Source: an uncultured Candidatus Saccharibacteria bacterium
GTDB taxonomy: Bacteria > Patescibacteriota > Minisyncoccia > Phycocordibacterales > UBA9973
NCBI GenBank assembly: GCA_964622505.1
Contig: CAZUQJ010000001.1
Span: 44,240 to 108,239 of the forward strand
Direction of reading: 5' to 3'
Length of the DNA stretch: 64,000 bases
The translations under genes were made by a program, and so were the position numbers. This document shows, one piece after another, positions 45,708-56,467 of this stretch. Under the pieces are notes generated by a model. The model was not told the origin of the DNA and searched no databases. It saw nothing but the letters and a program-made list of their open reading frames with translations. The first letter of the stretch is position 1, and each line of letters starts with the position of its first letter.

Positions 45708-46181
45708 ATGAAAATCTACATTGGCACTGATCATGCCGGCTTTGAATTAAAAGAGAAATTAAAAGTCTATATAGGAGAGTTGGGTTATGACGTCGCGGAT
45801 ATGGGTCCATATGTTTACGATGGTGAAGATGATTATCCAGATTTGATCCGCCCAGTAGCAGAGGCTGTAGCCACTGATGCAGGAAGTATGGGAGTTATTC
45901 TTGGAGGATCAGGCCAAGGCGAAGCAATGTGTGCCAACAGGGTCCTAGGCGCTCGCGCCGCAGTATTCTACGGCGGTGCAACTACTCAGACAGATATCTC
46001 GGGTAATACGCTCGACATGATAGCTTCTATGCGTGAGCACAACAATGCCAACATCATATCTCTCGGCGCACGCTTTATGAGCGAAGAGGAAGTCAAAGAT
46101 GCGGTCAAAAGATTCCTCGAGCTTCCATTCTCGGAAAACCCACGACACGTTCGCCGTATTAATAAATTAGACAATAAATAA
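45708..46181 (+). CDS. rpiB: ribose-5-phosphate isomerase B
   Basis: MKIYIGTDHAGFELKE... RpiB/LacAB signature; TATAAT at 45696-45701 ends 6 nt before the ATG at 45708. Confidence 0.85.
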   Translation: MKIYIGTDHAGFELKEKLKVYIGELGYDVADMGPYVYDGEDDYPDLIRPVAEAVATDAGSMGVILGGSGQGEAMCANRVLGARAAVFYGGATTQTDISGNTLDMIASMREHNNANIISLGARFMSEEEVKDAVKRFLELPFSENPRHVRRINKLDNK

Positions 46182-46182
46182 T

Positions 46183-46902
46183 ATGTTTGAAATAATTCCA
46201 GCAATTTTAGTAAAAAAGTTCGATGATTTAAAAGATACTCTTTCCAAGCTTGTCGGCGTAGTACACACAGTGCAAGTGGATTTTTGTGATGGAGTATTTG
46301 TGCCGTCAAAAACTTGGCCGTATGCAGATGGGGTAGACGAAGAAGGCAGGATTATGGATCATCATTTTAACAAAATCATCAATGAGGAAGATGGAATGCC
46401 TTTCTGGAACGAATTTGAATTTGAACTCCATTTGATGGTAAATCAAGCTCACAAAGATTTTGGTACATTCTTGAAATTGGGGCCAAAGGCTGTACTGTTC
46501 CAGCTTGAAGCCGAGGGTGAGGTGGCAGAATTCAAAGAATTCCTTGAAGGTATCGATCCGTATGTACGCGACAATATCGATATTGGCTTGTCGATCAATA
46601 TAGATACCGATTTAGAGATTGTGTACCCACTAGTACCACTCCTTTCATTTATTCAAGTCATGGGTATTGCAAAGATTGGTTACCAAGGCCAAGGCTTTGA
46701 TGACCGCGCCCTCGAGAAAATAAAAACACTGCGCGCAAAATATCCTGATCTGATTATTACAGTTGACGGTAGTGTCAATATGGAAACAGCTCCGAGAATT
46801 ATAAAAGCAGGTGCGACAAAATTGGTAGTAGGTTCAGCGTTGTGGAAAGACGATGATCCAGCCGGTGCCATCTTTGAAATGCAACAAGAGATTATTAAAT
46901 AA
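46183..46902 (+). CDS. rpe: ribulose-phosphate 3-epimerase family protein (with an internal insertion)
   Basis: IIPAIL, DFCDG.FVP, HLMV, VDGSVN, GSAL motifs; about 25-aa insertion after the first barrel strand. Confidence 0.7.
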   Translation: MFEIIPAILVKKFDDLKDTLSKLVGVVHTVQVDFCDGVFVPSKTWPYADGVDEEGRIMDHHFNKIINEEDGMPFWNEFEFELHLMVNQAHKDFGTFLKLGPKAVLFQLEAEGEVAEFKEFLEGIDPYVRDNIDIGLSINIDTDLEIVYPLVPLLSFIQVMGIAKIGYQGQGFDDRALEKIKTLRAKYPDLIITVDGSVNMETAPRIIKAGATKLVVGSALWKDDDPAGAIFEMQQEIIK

Positions 46903-46920
46903 TTGTGTTAAAATAAATAT

Positions 46921-47811
46921 ATGGATTCACATCTTACCGACGAGCAAATATTAGATTTAGAAATTCAAGCGGGCAAAATCCGCATGAGTATTATCGAGAT
47001 GCTAGCCGAGGCAAAATCTGGCCACACTGCAGGACCTCTTGGTATGACTGATGTATTTACACTGCTATATTTCCACACAATGAAGCATGATCCAAAGAAT
47101 CCTACATGGGCCTTGCGCGACAGACTCATACTTTCCAATGGCCATATCTGCCCAGTACTATATGCCACCATGGCGCATGCTGGATATTTCCCCGTAGAAG
47201 AATTGATGACACTAAGAAAATTCGGCTCACGATTACAAGGGCACCCACACCGCGAATTTCTACCGATGGTAGAGACAAGTTCAGGTCCACTTGGTTCTGG
47301 GCTTTCTCAAGCTGTTGGGATGGCTATAGCAGACCGTATCGATGGTGGGGATAAAAAATTCTATGTATTGATGGGGGACGGAGAGCAAGATGAAGGCAAT
47401 ATTTGGGAGGCAGCAATGCTTGCTGGAAAAGAGAAATTGCGAAATGTAGTAGCAATTGTAGACCGTAACTTTATCCAGATAGATGGTAATACTGAGGATG
47501 TATTACCTCTTGGCGACTTGGCGAAAAAATATGAAGAATTCGGCTGGCATGCACAGGAAGTAGATGGCCACAATATAGCGGAGCTCAATGATGCAATCAA
47601 TCGTGCACGGGCTGTAGCCAACAAGCCATCAATTATTATTGCTATCACAATTCCAAGCAAGGGTGTTAAATCTTTTGAGGGTGACTATCGCTGGCATGGC
47701 AACCCACCAGGATCGGGACCGATAGAAGTTGTCGCAAAAGACAAGCAAAAGGAAGTTGCACTCGCAGAACTACAAGCAATACAAGATAAATTAATGGCAC
47801 TAAAAAAATAA
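46921..47811 (+). CDS. transketolase, N-terminal (TPP-binding) subunit
   Basis: GHTAGPLGMTDVF...SNGH..P..YA...GDGE..EG split-gene N-terminal half. Confidence 0.85.
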   Translation: MDSHLTDEQILDLEIQAGKIRMSIIEMLAEAKSGHTAGPLGMTDVFTLLYFHTMKHDPKNPTWALRDRLILSNGHICPVLYATMAHAGYFPVEELMTLRKFGSRLQGHPHREFLPMVETSSGPLGSGLSQAVGMAIADRIDGGDKKFYVLMGDGEQDEGNIWEAAMLAGKEKLRNVVAIVDRNFIQIDGNTEDVLPLGDLAKKYEEFGWHAQEVDGHNIAELNDAINRARAVANKPSIIIAITIPSKGVKSFEGDYRWHGNPPGSGPIEVVAKDKQKEVALAELQAIQDKLMALKK

Positions 47812-47812
47812 T

Positions 47813-48808
47813 ATGTTAAACCAACAATTCCATTTAAATACAAAAATGTTTGACGATGATGTAGAGCAAGTTCCAATCCGCAAAGGCTTCGGTCAAGGGT
47901 TGCTCAAAGCTGGCGAGCTCGATCCCAATGTTGTAGCACTCTGTGCTGACTTGGTAGAGAGTACCCAGATGCATTTTTTCAGCGAGCGATTCCCCGAGAG
48001 ATATGTCGAGATCGGTGTTGCCGAGCAAAACTTGGTAACAGTTGCTGCTGGTATGGCTGCTATGGGCAAGATCCCTTTTGCATCAAGCTATGCTATGTTC
48101 TCACCAGGGCGTAACTGGGAGCAGATCCGTACCACTGCTTGCTACAACGACTTGCCGGTGAAGGTTGTGGGAAGTCATGCTGGAGTATCTGTAGGCCCAG
48201 ACGGTGGTACACACCAAGCGATCGAAGACATTGCTCTCATGCGAATATTGCCCAATATGGTAGTGATCTCACCATGTGACTCAATAGAGGCTCACAAAGC
48301 TACAATGGCTACAGCCTTGGATAAACATCCTACATATTTGCGTCTCGCTCGTGAGAAAACTCCAATCATGACTACAGACGATACACCTTTTGAAATAGGT
48401 AAAGCACAAATATTTTACACACCAGACACAGGACTCGCACAAGTGGGTATTATTGCTACCGGTGCATTGGTGCACAAAGCCATGATGACTGCAAAGAAAT
48501 TGGAAGCTGAGGGGATTAAAGTCAAAGTTATGAATATGGCGACAATCAAGCCACTCGATGAAAATGCAGTGATTGAACTTGCAAAAGAGACGGGTCGCAT
48601 TGTTACTGTCGAAGAGCATCAGATCAAAGGTGGCCTTGGTGGTGCTATTGCAGAATTCCTAGCACAGAATCATCCTACAATGATAGAATTTGTCGGAGTC
48701 AAAGATGTCTTTGGCCAGTCGGGTACACCAAACGAGCTCATCGAACACTACGGCATGGGCGCAAAAGACGTAGAGGCTGCGGTACGCAAAATCTTAATAA
48801 GAAAATAA
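47813..48808 (+). CDS. transketolase, C-terminal (Pyr plus C-terminal domain) subunit
   Basis: Pyr-domain and C-terminal domain; directly follows the N-terminal subunit. Confidence 0.85.
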   Translation: MLNQQFHLNTKMFDDDVEQVPIRKGFGQGLLKAGELDPNVVALCADLVESTQMHFFSERFPERYVEIGVAEQNLVTVAAGMAAMGKIPFASSYAMFSPGRNWEQIRTTACYNDLPVKVVGSHAGVSVGPDGGTHQAIEDIALMRILPNMVVISPCDSIEAHKATMATALDKHPTYLRLAREKTPIMTTDDTPFEIGKAQIFYTPDTGLAQVGIIATGALVHKAMMTAKKLEAEGIKVKVMNMATIKPLDENAVIELAKETGRIVTVEEHQIKGGLGGAIAEFLAQNHPTMIEFVGVKDVFGQSGTPNELIEHYGMGAKDVEAAVRKILIRK

Positions 48809-48822
48809 ATACAATAAAATTT

Positions 48823-49029
48823 ATGGAACACATGGAAAGGCCAATGACAATGAATGAAGCACGATCAGAAATACAGATTATAAACGAAATGGCAAACAAA
48901 ACGGGTAATATTGATTCTGAAAATCATGTATTTAAAGAGATAATCAAAGCATTAGAGTCAGGTCAGATCACACCACAAATTGCTGTTAACAAAGCTCGTG
49001 CTGTTTTAGAAAGTAGAGACGAGATTTAA
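48823..49029 (+). CDS. small hypothetical protein
   Basis: 68-aa ORF, no family. Confidence 0.3.
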   Translation: MEHMERPMTMNEARSEIQIINEMANKTGNIDSENHVFKEIIKALESGQITPQIAVNKARAVLESRDEI

Positions 49030-49033
49030 TTTT

Positions 49034-50023
49034 CTAACTAATTTTATAATTTACGGGAGCATTTTTTAAATACTCTTCAATTTTTTCGCGAGATAGTAAG
49101 CCTGCTTGTGCTCCAATGTATTGCACAACACTCATTGAGTTGATTGGTCCGTAGAGTAATGCATCTTTGAATTCTATTCCAAGTGCTAGCATTGCAGTGA
49201 TAGTAGATGATGTTGCATCTCCGGCACCAGTGCGATCTACTGGTTCTTTTATGTCTGGATACATTGGCAAGCTGTAGAAATTGGTACCATCGCTTGCGGT
49301 CAGTCCGTTTGGCCCGTCAGTAATAACTACTTTCTTTGGCCCGATGGCACGCATCATTTCATGAAGTTTTTTCAAGTCAGATTCTTCTGTTTCTAATATT
49401 TTTTTCGCTTCTTCTACATTGCAGAAGAATATTTCAGTATGTTCATATATTTTTTTCAATCGTTCTTTACCTGCTTTTATCTGAAATGTTCCTGGCTGGA
49501 ATGCGAGTTTTGTTTCTTTGTGATCCTCGAGCCATGTGGCTACTTCGTCATGGAAGGCTAGAGCATTTGGGTTGATAGAACTGAAGTATAGATAGTCTAC
49601 GGTAGTATCATCTGGTGGCAATTGATAAGAAAATGAAGCATGCTTTACGAGTATTGTCCGTTCTGCTCCATAGCGGAGGACATAGTGACAATTTGTAGGG
49701 TATTCTTCGGATACTGATATGTAGTTTACATCAATATTTTCTTTTTTAAGTGCGTTGATACAGTTGTCTCCATGGACATCTTTACCCACAGCGACTATCA
49801 GTGCACTTGATAAACCCAATCGTGCAGCTGAAACAGCAGCATTTGGACTGTTGCCAACAGCGTCTACGGTAACAGCGTCTTCGTAAGGAATTTTTGCTCC
49901 AAAATCAACACACAATTTACAATTACGCTTATCAATATCACAGTTTACTGTAGCATCTTTCAAAGTTATAAAAATATCGGTAACAACATCACCGAGGCCT
50001 AAAAATTGTATATGTTTTGACAT
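49034..50023 (-). CDS. PfkB-family carbohydrate/nucleoside kinase
   Basis: C-terminal DRTGAGDATSS ribokinase-family motif; start at ATG 50023 (MSKHIQFLGLGD). Confidence 0.75.
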   Translation of the reverse strand: MSKHIQFLGLGDVVTDIFITLKDATVNCDIDKRNCKLCVDFGAKIPYEDAVTVDAVGNSPNAAVSAARLGLSSALIVAVGKDVHGDNCINALKKENIDVNYISVSEEYPTNCHYVLRYGAERTILVKHASFSYQLPPDDTTVDYLYFSSINPNALAFHDEVATWLEDHKETKLAFQPGTFQIKAGKERLKKIYEHTEIFFCNVEEAKKILETEESDLKKLHEMMRAIGPKKVVITDGPNGLTASDGTNFYSLPMYPDIKEPVDRTGAGDATSSTITAMLALGIEFKDALLYGPINSMSVVQYIGAQAGLLSREKIEEYLKNAPVNYKIS

Positions 50024-50063
50024 GTTTTTATTATAGCATACTGTGATATAATGGTAGTACATT

Positions 50064-51827
50064 ATGCAATCAAACATAGAACTTGCGCAAGAAATTAAAA
50101 AGTTTTTTAAAGGGGATATCGATACTACAGACGAAACACTCGAGAAATACTCTCACGACGCAAGCGTGTGTGTAGTTCGCCCACAGATCGTAGTCTTTCC
50201 AAAAGATTCAAATGATGTACAACAACTTGTAAAATGGGTTAATGATTACAACACACATTCTGAAAGCCCGAAGCAAGGCTTAGGGCTGACAAAACTTTCT
50301 ATTACGCCACGTGCTGCCGGTACTTGCATGTCCGGTGGAGCTATTGGTGAGTCTATTATCATGGACTTTACTCGCTATATGAATGTGATCACCACTGTTG
50401 CTAAAGTCACTCCGTTTACAATTATGCCCAAGTATCCTGACGCGCATGCAGTAGAAGTCTCTGGTGTTGCGACAGTTGCTCCAGGGTGTTTCTATAGGGA
50501 TTTCGAGCTTGCGACTGTCAAAGAGGGCTTGCTTTTGCCATGCTACACCGCTTCCAAAAGTTTGAATGCTATCGGCGGTATGATCGGCAACAATTCTGCT
50601 GGGGAAAAGACTCTAAACTATGGTAAAACAGAAGACTATGTAAAAGAATTACAAGTTGTCTTTGCTGATGGTAGGGAATACACTGTTAAACCGCTTAACA
50701 AAAAGGAGCTGTATGCAAAGATCGCTCAAGGCGACTTTGAAGGTGATGTATACAAAAATATTTTTGCACTTATAAATGAAAATAAAGACGCAATCAAAAA
50801 TGCTAAACCAAATGTTTCCAAAAATTCTGCCGGCTATTATATCTGGAATGTTTGGGATGAAGAAAAAGAGATTTTTGATTTAACTAAACTCATTGTCGGT
50901 TCACAGGGAACATTGGGAATCGTGACCAATATCACACTCCATCTAGTCCAAGTAAAACCAGCTTCAAAGCTCGTAGTCATATTTATGAATGACCTCTCTC
51001 GCCTTGGCGAATTGGTAGATGCAATCCTACCGTTCAAACCCGAGAGTATCGAATCTTATGACGATGCCACGATGAAATTGGCTATCAAATTTTTCCCAGA
51101 CTTTCTAAAAAAGAAGGGTATATGGGGAATGATCAAGTTTATGTGGAGCTTTTGGCCTGAAGCTTTTATGATGCTTGTACGGGGTATGCCGAAATTAATT
51201 TTACTTGTAGAGTTTGCTGGGTATGATGATACCGAAGTTAAAAATGAAGCAAAGAAATTAGCCCAAACCTTAAAACTTTTTTCTTTCCCTATACGTATTA
51301 CAAAAAGTAAAACAGACGCAGAAAAATATTGGGATATCCGCCGAGAGAGCTTTGCCTTGCTACGCAAGCATGTGAGAGATAAGCATACCGCTCCTTTTAT
51401 AGACGACATCGTAGTCCGCCCAGAATTCCTGCCGGAATTCTTGCCGAAACTGCACACGATTCTTAAAGAGTATCCGATCACATACACTATTGCTGGTCAT
51501 GCGGGCAACGGCAACTTCCACATAATCCCTTTGATGGATTTCTCTGATCCAAATACAGGCAAAATAATCATAGATCTATCAGAAAAAGTGTACAAACTAG
51601 TGCTTGAATACAAAGGCTCTATCACTGCCGAGCACAATGACGGCCTAATACGTACACCATACTTGGTCCAAATGTATGGGCAGAAAGTGTACCACTTATT
51701 CGAAGAGATCAAAAATATTTTCGACAAAGACAACATACTAAATCCCGGCAAAAAAGTCGGCGCAACAGTGGAATATACATACAACCATATCCTCAAAGAA
51801 AAGCACTCAAAAGACCACAAGATATAA
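50064..51827 (+). CDS. FAD-linked oxidase (GlcD/D-lactate dehydrogenase-like)
   Basis: FAD_binding_4 region PRAAGTCMSGGAIGES plus C-terminal FAD-oxidase domain. Confidence 0.7.
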   Translation: MQSNIELAQEIKKFFKGDIDTTDETLEKYSHDASVCVVRPQIVVFPKDSNDVQQLVKWVNDYNTHSESPKQGLGLTKLSITPRAAGTCMSGGAIGESIIMDFTRYMNVITTVAKVTPFTIMPKYPDAHAVEVSGVATVAPGCFYRDFELATVKEGLLLPCYTASKSLNAIGGMIGNNSAGEKTLNYGKTEDYVKELQVVFADGREYTVKPLNKKELYAKIAQGDFEGDVYKNIFALINENKDAIKNAKPNVSKNSAGYYIWNVWDEEKEIFDLTKLIVGSQGTLGIVTNITLHLVQVKPASKLVVIFMNDLSRLGELVDAILPFKPESIESYDDATMKLAIKFFPDFLKKKGIWGMIKFMWSFWPEAFMMLVRGMPKLILLVEFAGYDDTEVKNEAKKLAQTLKLFSFPIRITKSKTDAEKYWDIRRESFALLRKHVRDKHTAPFIDDIVVRPEFLPEFLPKLHTILKEYPITYTIAGHAGNGNFHIIPLMDFSDPNTGKIIIDLSEKVYKLVLEYKGSITAEHNDGLIRTPYLVQMYGQKVYHLFEEIKNIFDKDNILNPGKKVGATVEYTYNHILKEKHSKDHKI

Positions 51828-51864
51828 TTTGCCGAAAAAGAGAATTTGTGCTAGTATTACCCTC

Positions 51865-52509
51865 ATGAAAACATTAATCGCAACAATGCGGAGTAAGGCA
51901 GACAAGCTCGCGACTATACGAAGTAAAGGTATGGTCCCTGCTGTCGTCTATGGAGCACACGTTGAGAATACCTCAATCTCTGTCTCTAGTATAGAGTTTA
52001 TTAAAAAATTTAAAGAGGCTGGCGAGTCGAGTACTATTGTATTGGAATTGGGCACAAAAAAGGTGGATGTATTGATCCACGATGTCTACTTTGACCCAGT
52101 CAAAGGATTCCCTGTGCACGTAGATTTCCTAGCTGTGGATATGAACAAGCCGGTAGAGGTGAGTGTACCACTTGAATTCACTGGAGTTGCGCCGGCTGAG
52201 AAAACTGGTTTGGGTACATTGGTCAAGGTTCTACATGAAGTACAGATCAAGGCGTTGCCAAAAGACTTGCCACACAACTTGATCGTAGATATTTCAAGTT
52301 TGGTTACATTGGACGACAAGATCCATGTAAAAGATATTCCATTGACTACCGGAGTTAGCATGTTGACCGACGGTGAAGAAATCGTAGCTCTCGTCGCTAT
52401 TGTCAAAGAGGTCAAAGAAGAAGATGTCGCGGTAGATCTATCAGCGATCGAAGTTGAAAAGAAAGGCAAGAAAGAGGAGGAAGGAGGAGAAGCAGAAAGT
52501 AGTAAGTAA
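51865..52509 (+). CDS. rplY: 50S ribosomal protein L25/general stress protein Ctc
   Basis: RSKGMVPAVVYG N-terminal L25 signature plus acidic C-terminal tail. Confidence 0.8.
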   Translation: MKTLIATMRSKADKLATIRSKGMVPAVVYGAHVENTSISVSSIEFIKKFKEAGESSTIVLELGTKKVDVLIHDVYFDPVKGFPVHVDFLAVDMNKPVEVSVPLEFTGVAPAEKTGLGTLVKVLHEVQIKALPKDLPHNLIVDISSLVTLDDKIHVKDIPLTTGVSMLTDGEEIVALVAIVKEVKEEDVAVDLSAIEVEKKGKKEEEGGEAESSK

Positions 52510-52565
52510 TAAGTAGGAAGGAAAAACTGCACATTTGTGCAGTTTTTTTATGGTATAATAGACGC

Positions 52566-53918
52566 ATGAGTTTACTGAAACGTCATATTATTTTTGTGAT
52601 TGTAGTGCTTCTTGTTCTGCCATTTGCAGGAGTACAAGTCTTTGCCGCTCCCACTGCTCAATTGCAATTGGCACAAGGGGACAAGGCACGGCTCGAAGCT
52701 GAGCTTGCCAAGCTCGAAGCCGAAATTGCCCAAAAACAAAAGGAACTTGAAGGTCAAAAAGGCCAGTCGGTCTCACTGTCACGGGATATCTCTATTCTCA
52801 ATACTCAAATCAACAAATCGAAATTAGATATCCAGGCAAAAGGACTCACAATCAAGAAGCTTGGCGGTGAGATTGTGGATAAAAATAAAAAGATCCAAAG
52901 CCTAACAGAGAAGATAGAGTCAGAAAAGCAGTCTCTGGCACAGCTCATCCGTAAAGAGCGCGAGCTTGACGACATGTCACTGATTGCCCTGACACTTTCT
53001 CGTGCCAGTTTGTCTGAAATGTATGGTGATGTACAAACTTTTTCTTCTATTAAAAATGCTGTAAAGAATTCTGTTGATACTATTCGAGGTGTTCGTACCG
53101 AAACCCAAACAGAAAAGAAGTCTTTGGAAGACAAAAAGAATAAAGAGACAGATATAAAGGTGGAGCTCGAAAATACAAAAAAGCAGGTAGAGAAGAACGA
53201 AGCTGATAAAAAGGTGCTATTATCGATAAGTAAAAACAAAGAAACAGAATACCAAAAAGTCTTGGCAGACAAAGCTAAACAAAAAGCGAGTATTCTTTCG
53301 GCCCTGTTTGGCTTGCGTGACACAGGAGCCATACCTTTTAGTCGGGCACTTGAGTATGCCAATACTTCTTCAAAAGTAAGTGGTGTCCGTCCTGCCTTTA
53401 TCTTGGCAATCATAACCCAAGAGAGTAACCTTGGTACTGATCAAGGGTCTTGCTACGTTACAGATCTCACTACTGGATCGGGAGTGAGCTCTCGTAGTGG
53501 CAAAGCCTTTCCAAATGTTATGAAGCCGTCTCGCGACATACCCCCATTTAAAAAAATTACCGAAGAGCTAGGACGTGATTTTATGAAAACACTTGTTTCG
53601 TGTCCTATCGGTGGTATAGGTTGGGGTGGAGCTATGGGTCCTGCTCAATTTATCCCTTCTACATGGGCAGGTATGAGCAAGAAAATTTCTGCTGCGCTTG
53701 GCAAGGCAACTCCCGACCCATGGAATGCCCCAGATGCCTTTATGGCCTCTGCGTTGTTTCTAAAAGAGCTTGGAGGGGTCAATGGTAGCTATAGTGCAGA
53801 GATAAAGGCCGCTTGCAAGTACTATGGTACCGGAGGCACCTCTTGTGCTTATGGCAAGCAAGTTATGGCGAAAGCCACAAAGATCCAGACAACCATGATT
53901 GACCCTTTGCAAAACTAA
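52566..53918 (+). CDS. secreted coiled-coil protein with C-terminal lytic-transglycosylase (SLT_2/MltB-like) domain
   Basis: Signal peptide, ~230-aa coiled coil, C-terminal GAMGPAQFIPSTW motif typical of MltB-like transglycosylases. Confidence 0.6.
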   Translation: MSLLKRHIIFVIVVLLVLPFAGVQVFAAPTAQLQLAQGDKARLEAELAKLEAEIAQKQKELEGQKGQSVSLSRDISILNTQINKSKLDIQAKGLTIKKLGGEIVDKNKKIQSLTEKIESEKQSLAQLIRKERELDDMSLIALTLSRASLSEMYGDVQTFSSIKNAVKNSVDTIRGVRTETQTEKKSLEDKKNKETDIKVELENTKKQVEKNEADKKVLLSISKNKETEYQKVLADKAKQKASILSALFGLRDTGAIPFSRALEYANTSSKVSGVRPAFILAIITQESNLGTDQGSCYVTDLTTGSGVSSRSGKAFPNVMKPSRDIPPFKKITEELGRDFMKTLVSCPIGGIGWGGAMGPAQFIPSTWAGMSKKISAALGKATPDPWNAPDAFMASALFLKELGGVNGSYSAEIKAACKYYGTGGTSCAYGKQVMAKATKIQTTMIDPLQN

Positions 53919-53944
53919 GAAATGTGTGATAGTATAAGCCCTAT

Positions 53945-54160
53945 ATGAAAAAAGATATTCACCCAAAATACAATATTAAATCTGAGGTCACTTGCGCTTG
54001 CGGGGCAGTATTTACTGTTGGTTCTACTATGGACAAAATCAATGTTGAAATCTGTAGCCAATGTCACCCATTCTATACTGGAAATGAAAAGGTGCTCGAT
54101 ACAGCCGGCCGTGTAGACCGCTTCAAGAAGCGCGCAGCTGTTGCAAAAACAAAGAAATAA
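53945..54160 (+). CDS. rpmE: 50S ribosomal protein L31
   Basis: MKKDIHPKY...CxC...[10 protein letters not shown] zinc-ribbon L31. Confidence 0.9.
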   Translation: MKKDIHPKYNIKSEVTCACGAVFTVGSTMDKINVEICSQCHPFYTGNEKVLDTAGRVDRFKKRAAVAKTKK

Positions 54161-54165
54161 ATATA

Positions 54166-54283
54166 AAAATTCCTAAATAAACTCTCCCCAGAGGGTACTC
54201 AAATTTTTTGGTAAAAATTTGCTCAGTTCTCCGGCCGTCGCCGTGCGAAGCCCCTCTGGAAAGATTTATTTAGGAATTTTTTT
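54166..54283. repeat. 16-bp inverted repeats (AAAATTCCTAAATAAA / TTTATTTAGGAATTTT) flanking a GC-rich nested hairpin core; likely composite terminator/structured element
   Basis: Inner CTCCCCAGAGGG...CCCCTCTGG pairing; T-run after; architecture resembles the 39758-39854 element. Confidence 0.45.
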
Positions 54284-54310
54284 ATAACGTTTTGTAGTAC
54301 AATAAATTAT

Positions 54311-55282
54311 ATGAACTTCGATCTAGAAGAATTAAAAAAGAATCACAAGACAAGCTATCTCGCAGGTGAGTACGAGCATCTTTTGCGTGAAGAGGCAAAG
54401 GTAAATCAAATGATCACAGAGGATGAGAGTCTGCGTGAATTGGCAGTAGAAGAATTACAAAATATTCAATTCCAAAAAGAGGCGATCGAAAGACAATTGG
54501 AAGAAATTCAGAAGAAAGACAAAGAGGAAGAAGAATTTCCAAATGAAATTATTTTGGAAGTTCGTGCTGGTGCCGGTGGTGACGAAGCGTCACTTTTTGC
54601 ATGGGAGCTTGCTCATATGTATGATCGTTATGCCGAGGACAAGGGATGGTCTTGGAAGATACTCGATGAATCTAAAAATGAAGTTGGTGGATACAAAGAA
54701 GCAAGTTTTGAAATCAGAGGTATGAATGTGTATAGAGAATTGCGCTACGAGACAGGCGTGCACCGTGTACAGCGCGTACCAGCAACTGAGAAAAATGGCC
54801 GTATCCATACCTCAACAGCATCGGTCGCAGTATTGCCAATGCGCAAAAAGGTGAACTTTGTGATCAATCCTGCTGATCTAGAAATGGAATATTCCCGCTC
54901 CGGTGGTGCTGGTGGGCAAAACGTGAACAAGGTGGAAACCGCAGTCCGCTTGATCCACAAGCCAACAGGTATCGATGTGCGTTGTACGACCGAGCGTAGC
55001 CAGCTCGGCAATAGAGAAAAAGCGATGGAGATTCTCCTTTCCAAACTGCAATTACAAAAAGATGAAGAAGAAGCCAAGAAGTATTCCGCAGACAGAAAGA
55101 ATCAGATTGGCACAGGGGACAGAAGCGAGAAGATCCGCACCTACAACTTCCCCCAAGATCGCGTGACAGACCACCGCATCAAGCAATCATGGTCCAACAT
55201 CCCAGGCCTAATGGAAGGCAAAATTACTAAAATTATTGAAGCCCTATCGTCCGGAGTAGTAGGCGACGCCGACGAAGAATAA
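54311..55282 (+). CDS. prfA: peptide chain release factor 1
   Basis: GGQ motif ([11 protein letters not shown]) and RF1-specific PAT tripeptide. Confidence 0.9.
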   Translation: MNFDLEELKKNHKTSYLAGEYEHLLREEAKVNQMITEDESLRELAVEELQNIQFQKEAIERQLEEIQKKDKEEEEFPNEIILEVRAGAGGDEASLFAWELAHMYDRYAEDKGWSWKILDESKNEVGGYKEASFEIRGMNVYRELRYETGVHRVQRVPATEKNGRIHTSTASVAVLPMRKKVNFVINPADLEMEYSRSGGAGGQNVNKVETAVRLIHKPTGIDVRCTTERSQLGNREKAMEILLSKLQLQKDEEEAKKYSADRKNQIGTGDRSEKIRTYNFPQDRVTDHRIKQSWSNIPGLMEGKITKIIEALSSGVVGDADEE

Positions 55283-55316
55283 AAACAGCCCGAACGACAG
55301 TTCGGGCTGTTTTTTA
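55281..55316. terminator. bidirectional terminator
   Basis: AAAAACAGCCCGAA-cgacag-TTCGGGCTGTTTTTT. Confidence 0.65.
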
Positions 55317-55325
55317 AAAAGTTTT

Positions 55326-56198
55326 TTAATTCACAGCAAATATGTTACCAAAAGATATTGAGTAGCCTCGTGCGCCAGGGTAGTCGAAATTCATTCCTGA
55401 TATTCCTAAGTTGAACAATCCATTGGTTAGAGATTTGGAATCCAAAACATCAGCCTTGATGACAAAGTCTACTGTGGTCCCACCTTTTTTAATATCGAGA
55501 TCGATCGGTGCCCATGCGTACCAAGAACTTCCTTCTTTGCTCCAATTAGTAATCGGTACTGTAGCGAGGAGGTTTTTTTTACTATCGTAAACGTATGTTT
55601 TGCCAATTTTTAAGCTTGGGTCAGTCAATGATCCTAATTGAACTTTATCTATACAAATTGGTCCGCTTGTTTTTGTAGTTGTTAGGGAAATTGTTGCAAA
55701 GTGAAAATCCTTAGTCTCAGAGCGTCCTGTACCAAACATGCCACCCTCTGGAGTTTTGCTATTTGACAGAGTATAGGATCCAGCACTTTTTGCATTACAT
55801 GTGGCAATAGTAAATAAATTGTCAGATAGATCGTACACTTCGGGAGCACTTACTAAAATCTGATAATGAAGCCCATACTCCATTATAGACCATTGACTTT
55901 GTGTCGGGATGGTAACTACATGTACTCCATCATTGTAAATTTCTGGGCTACCAGTAAAAGACATGGCTGAATCAATAACACTATCTCCTTGGAGAGAAAT
56001 ATTAATAATATTATCTTTTGCAACATTACAACTCTCCCACTTTACCGTAACTTCTTGTCCGGGTGTAAAGAACTCCCCGCCATTTGGTGACAAAACTTTT
56101 ATGTAAGGTTTTGTCGTCTTTGTACATTTAGCAGCATCAGCCTGATATGCAAACCCAACTACCAGCAAACATACAAAAATCATCGATAATTTTTTCAT
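55326..56198 (-). CDS. hypothetical secreted beta-rich protein
   Basis: Signal peptide MKKLSMIFVCLLVVGFAYQADA; no family. Confidence 0.45.
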   Translation of the reverse strand: MKKLSMIFVCLLVVGFAYQADAAKCTKTTKPYIKVLSPNGGEFFTPGQEVTVKWESCNVAKDNIINISLQGDSVIDSAMSFTGSPEIYNDGVHVVTIPTQSQWSIMEYGLHYQILVSAPEVYDLSDNLFTIATCNAKSAGSYTLSNSKTPEGGMFGTGRSETKDFHFATISLTTTKTSGPICIDKVQLGSLTDPSLKIGKTYVYDSKKNLLATVPITNWSKEGSSWYAWAPIDLDIKKGGTTVDFVIKADVLDSKSLTNGLFNLGISGMNFDYPGARGYSISFGNIFAVN

Positions 56199-56467
56199 AA
56201 TTTTTATTAAAACCACTTAATTAATATGAGTTTATTATAACATTAGATGCTGAAAATCAACACAATTTCACTTTATAGACTTGCTAGTTTATACTTGAAA
56301 TGTTATATTTTCAGACAGTAGTTTGTATGCATTGGTTTTGTTTCATTTTCGTTGTGTTAAACATTGAGAATGTAAATGAAAATCGGCTAGCGATTACATT
56401 TATAAATTAGTTATCTTCATGTTTGATATATACACGATGTATCTTATCTGAAGCGTATATTGTCATT

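Noticed and set aside
52805-53413. 202-aa minus-strand ORF
   Set aside because: Antisense to the coiled-coil region of the lytic-transglycosylase protein (low-complexity mirror).
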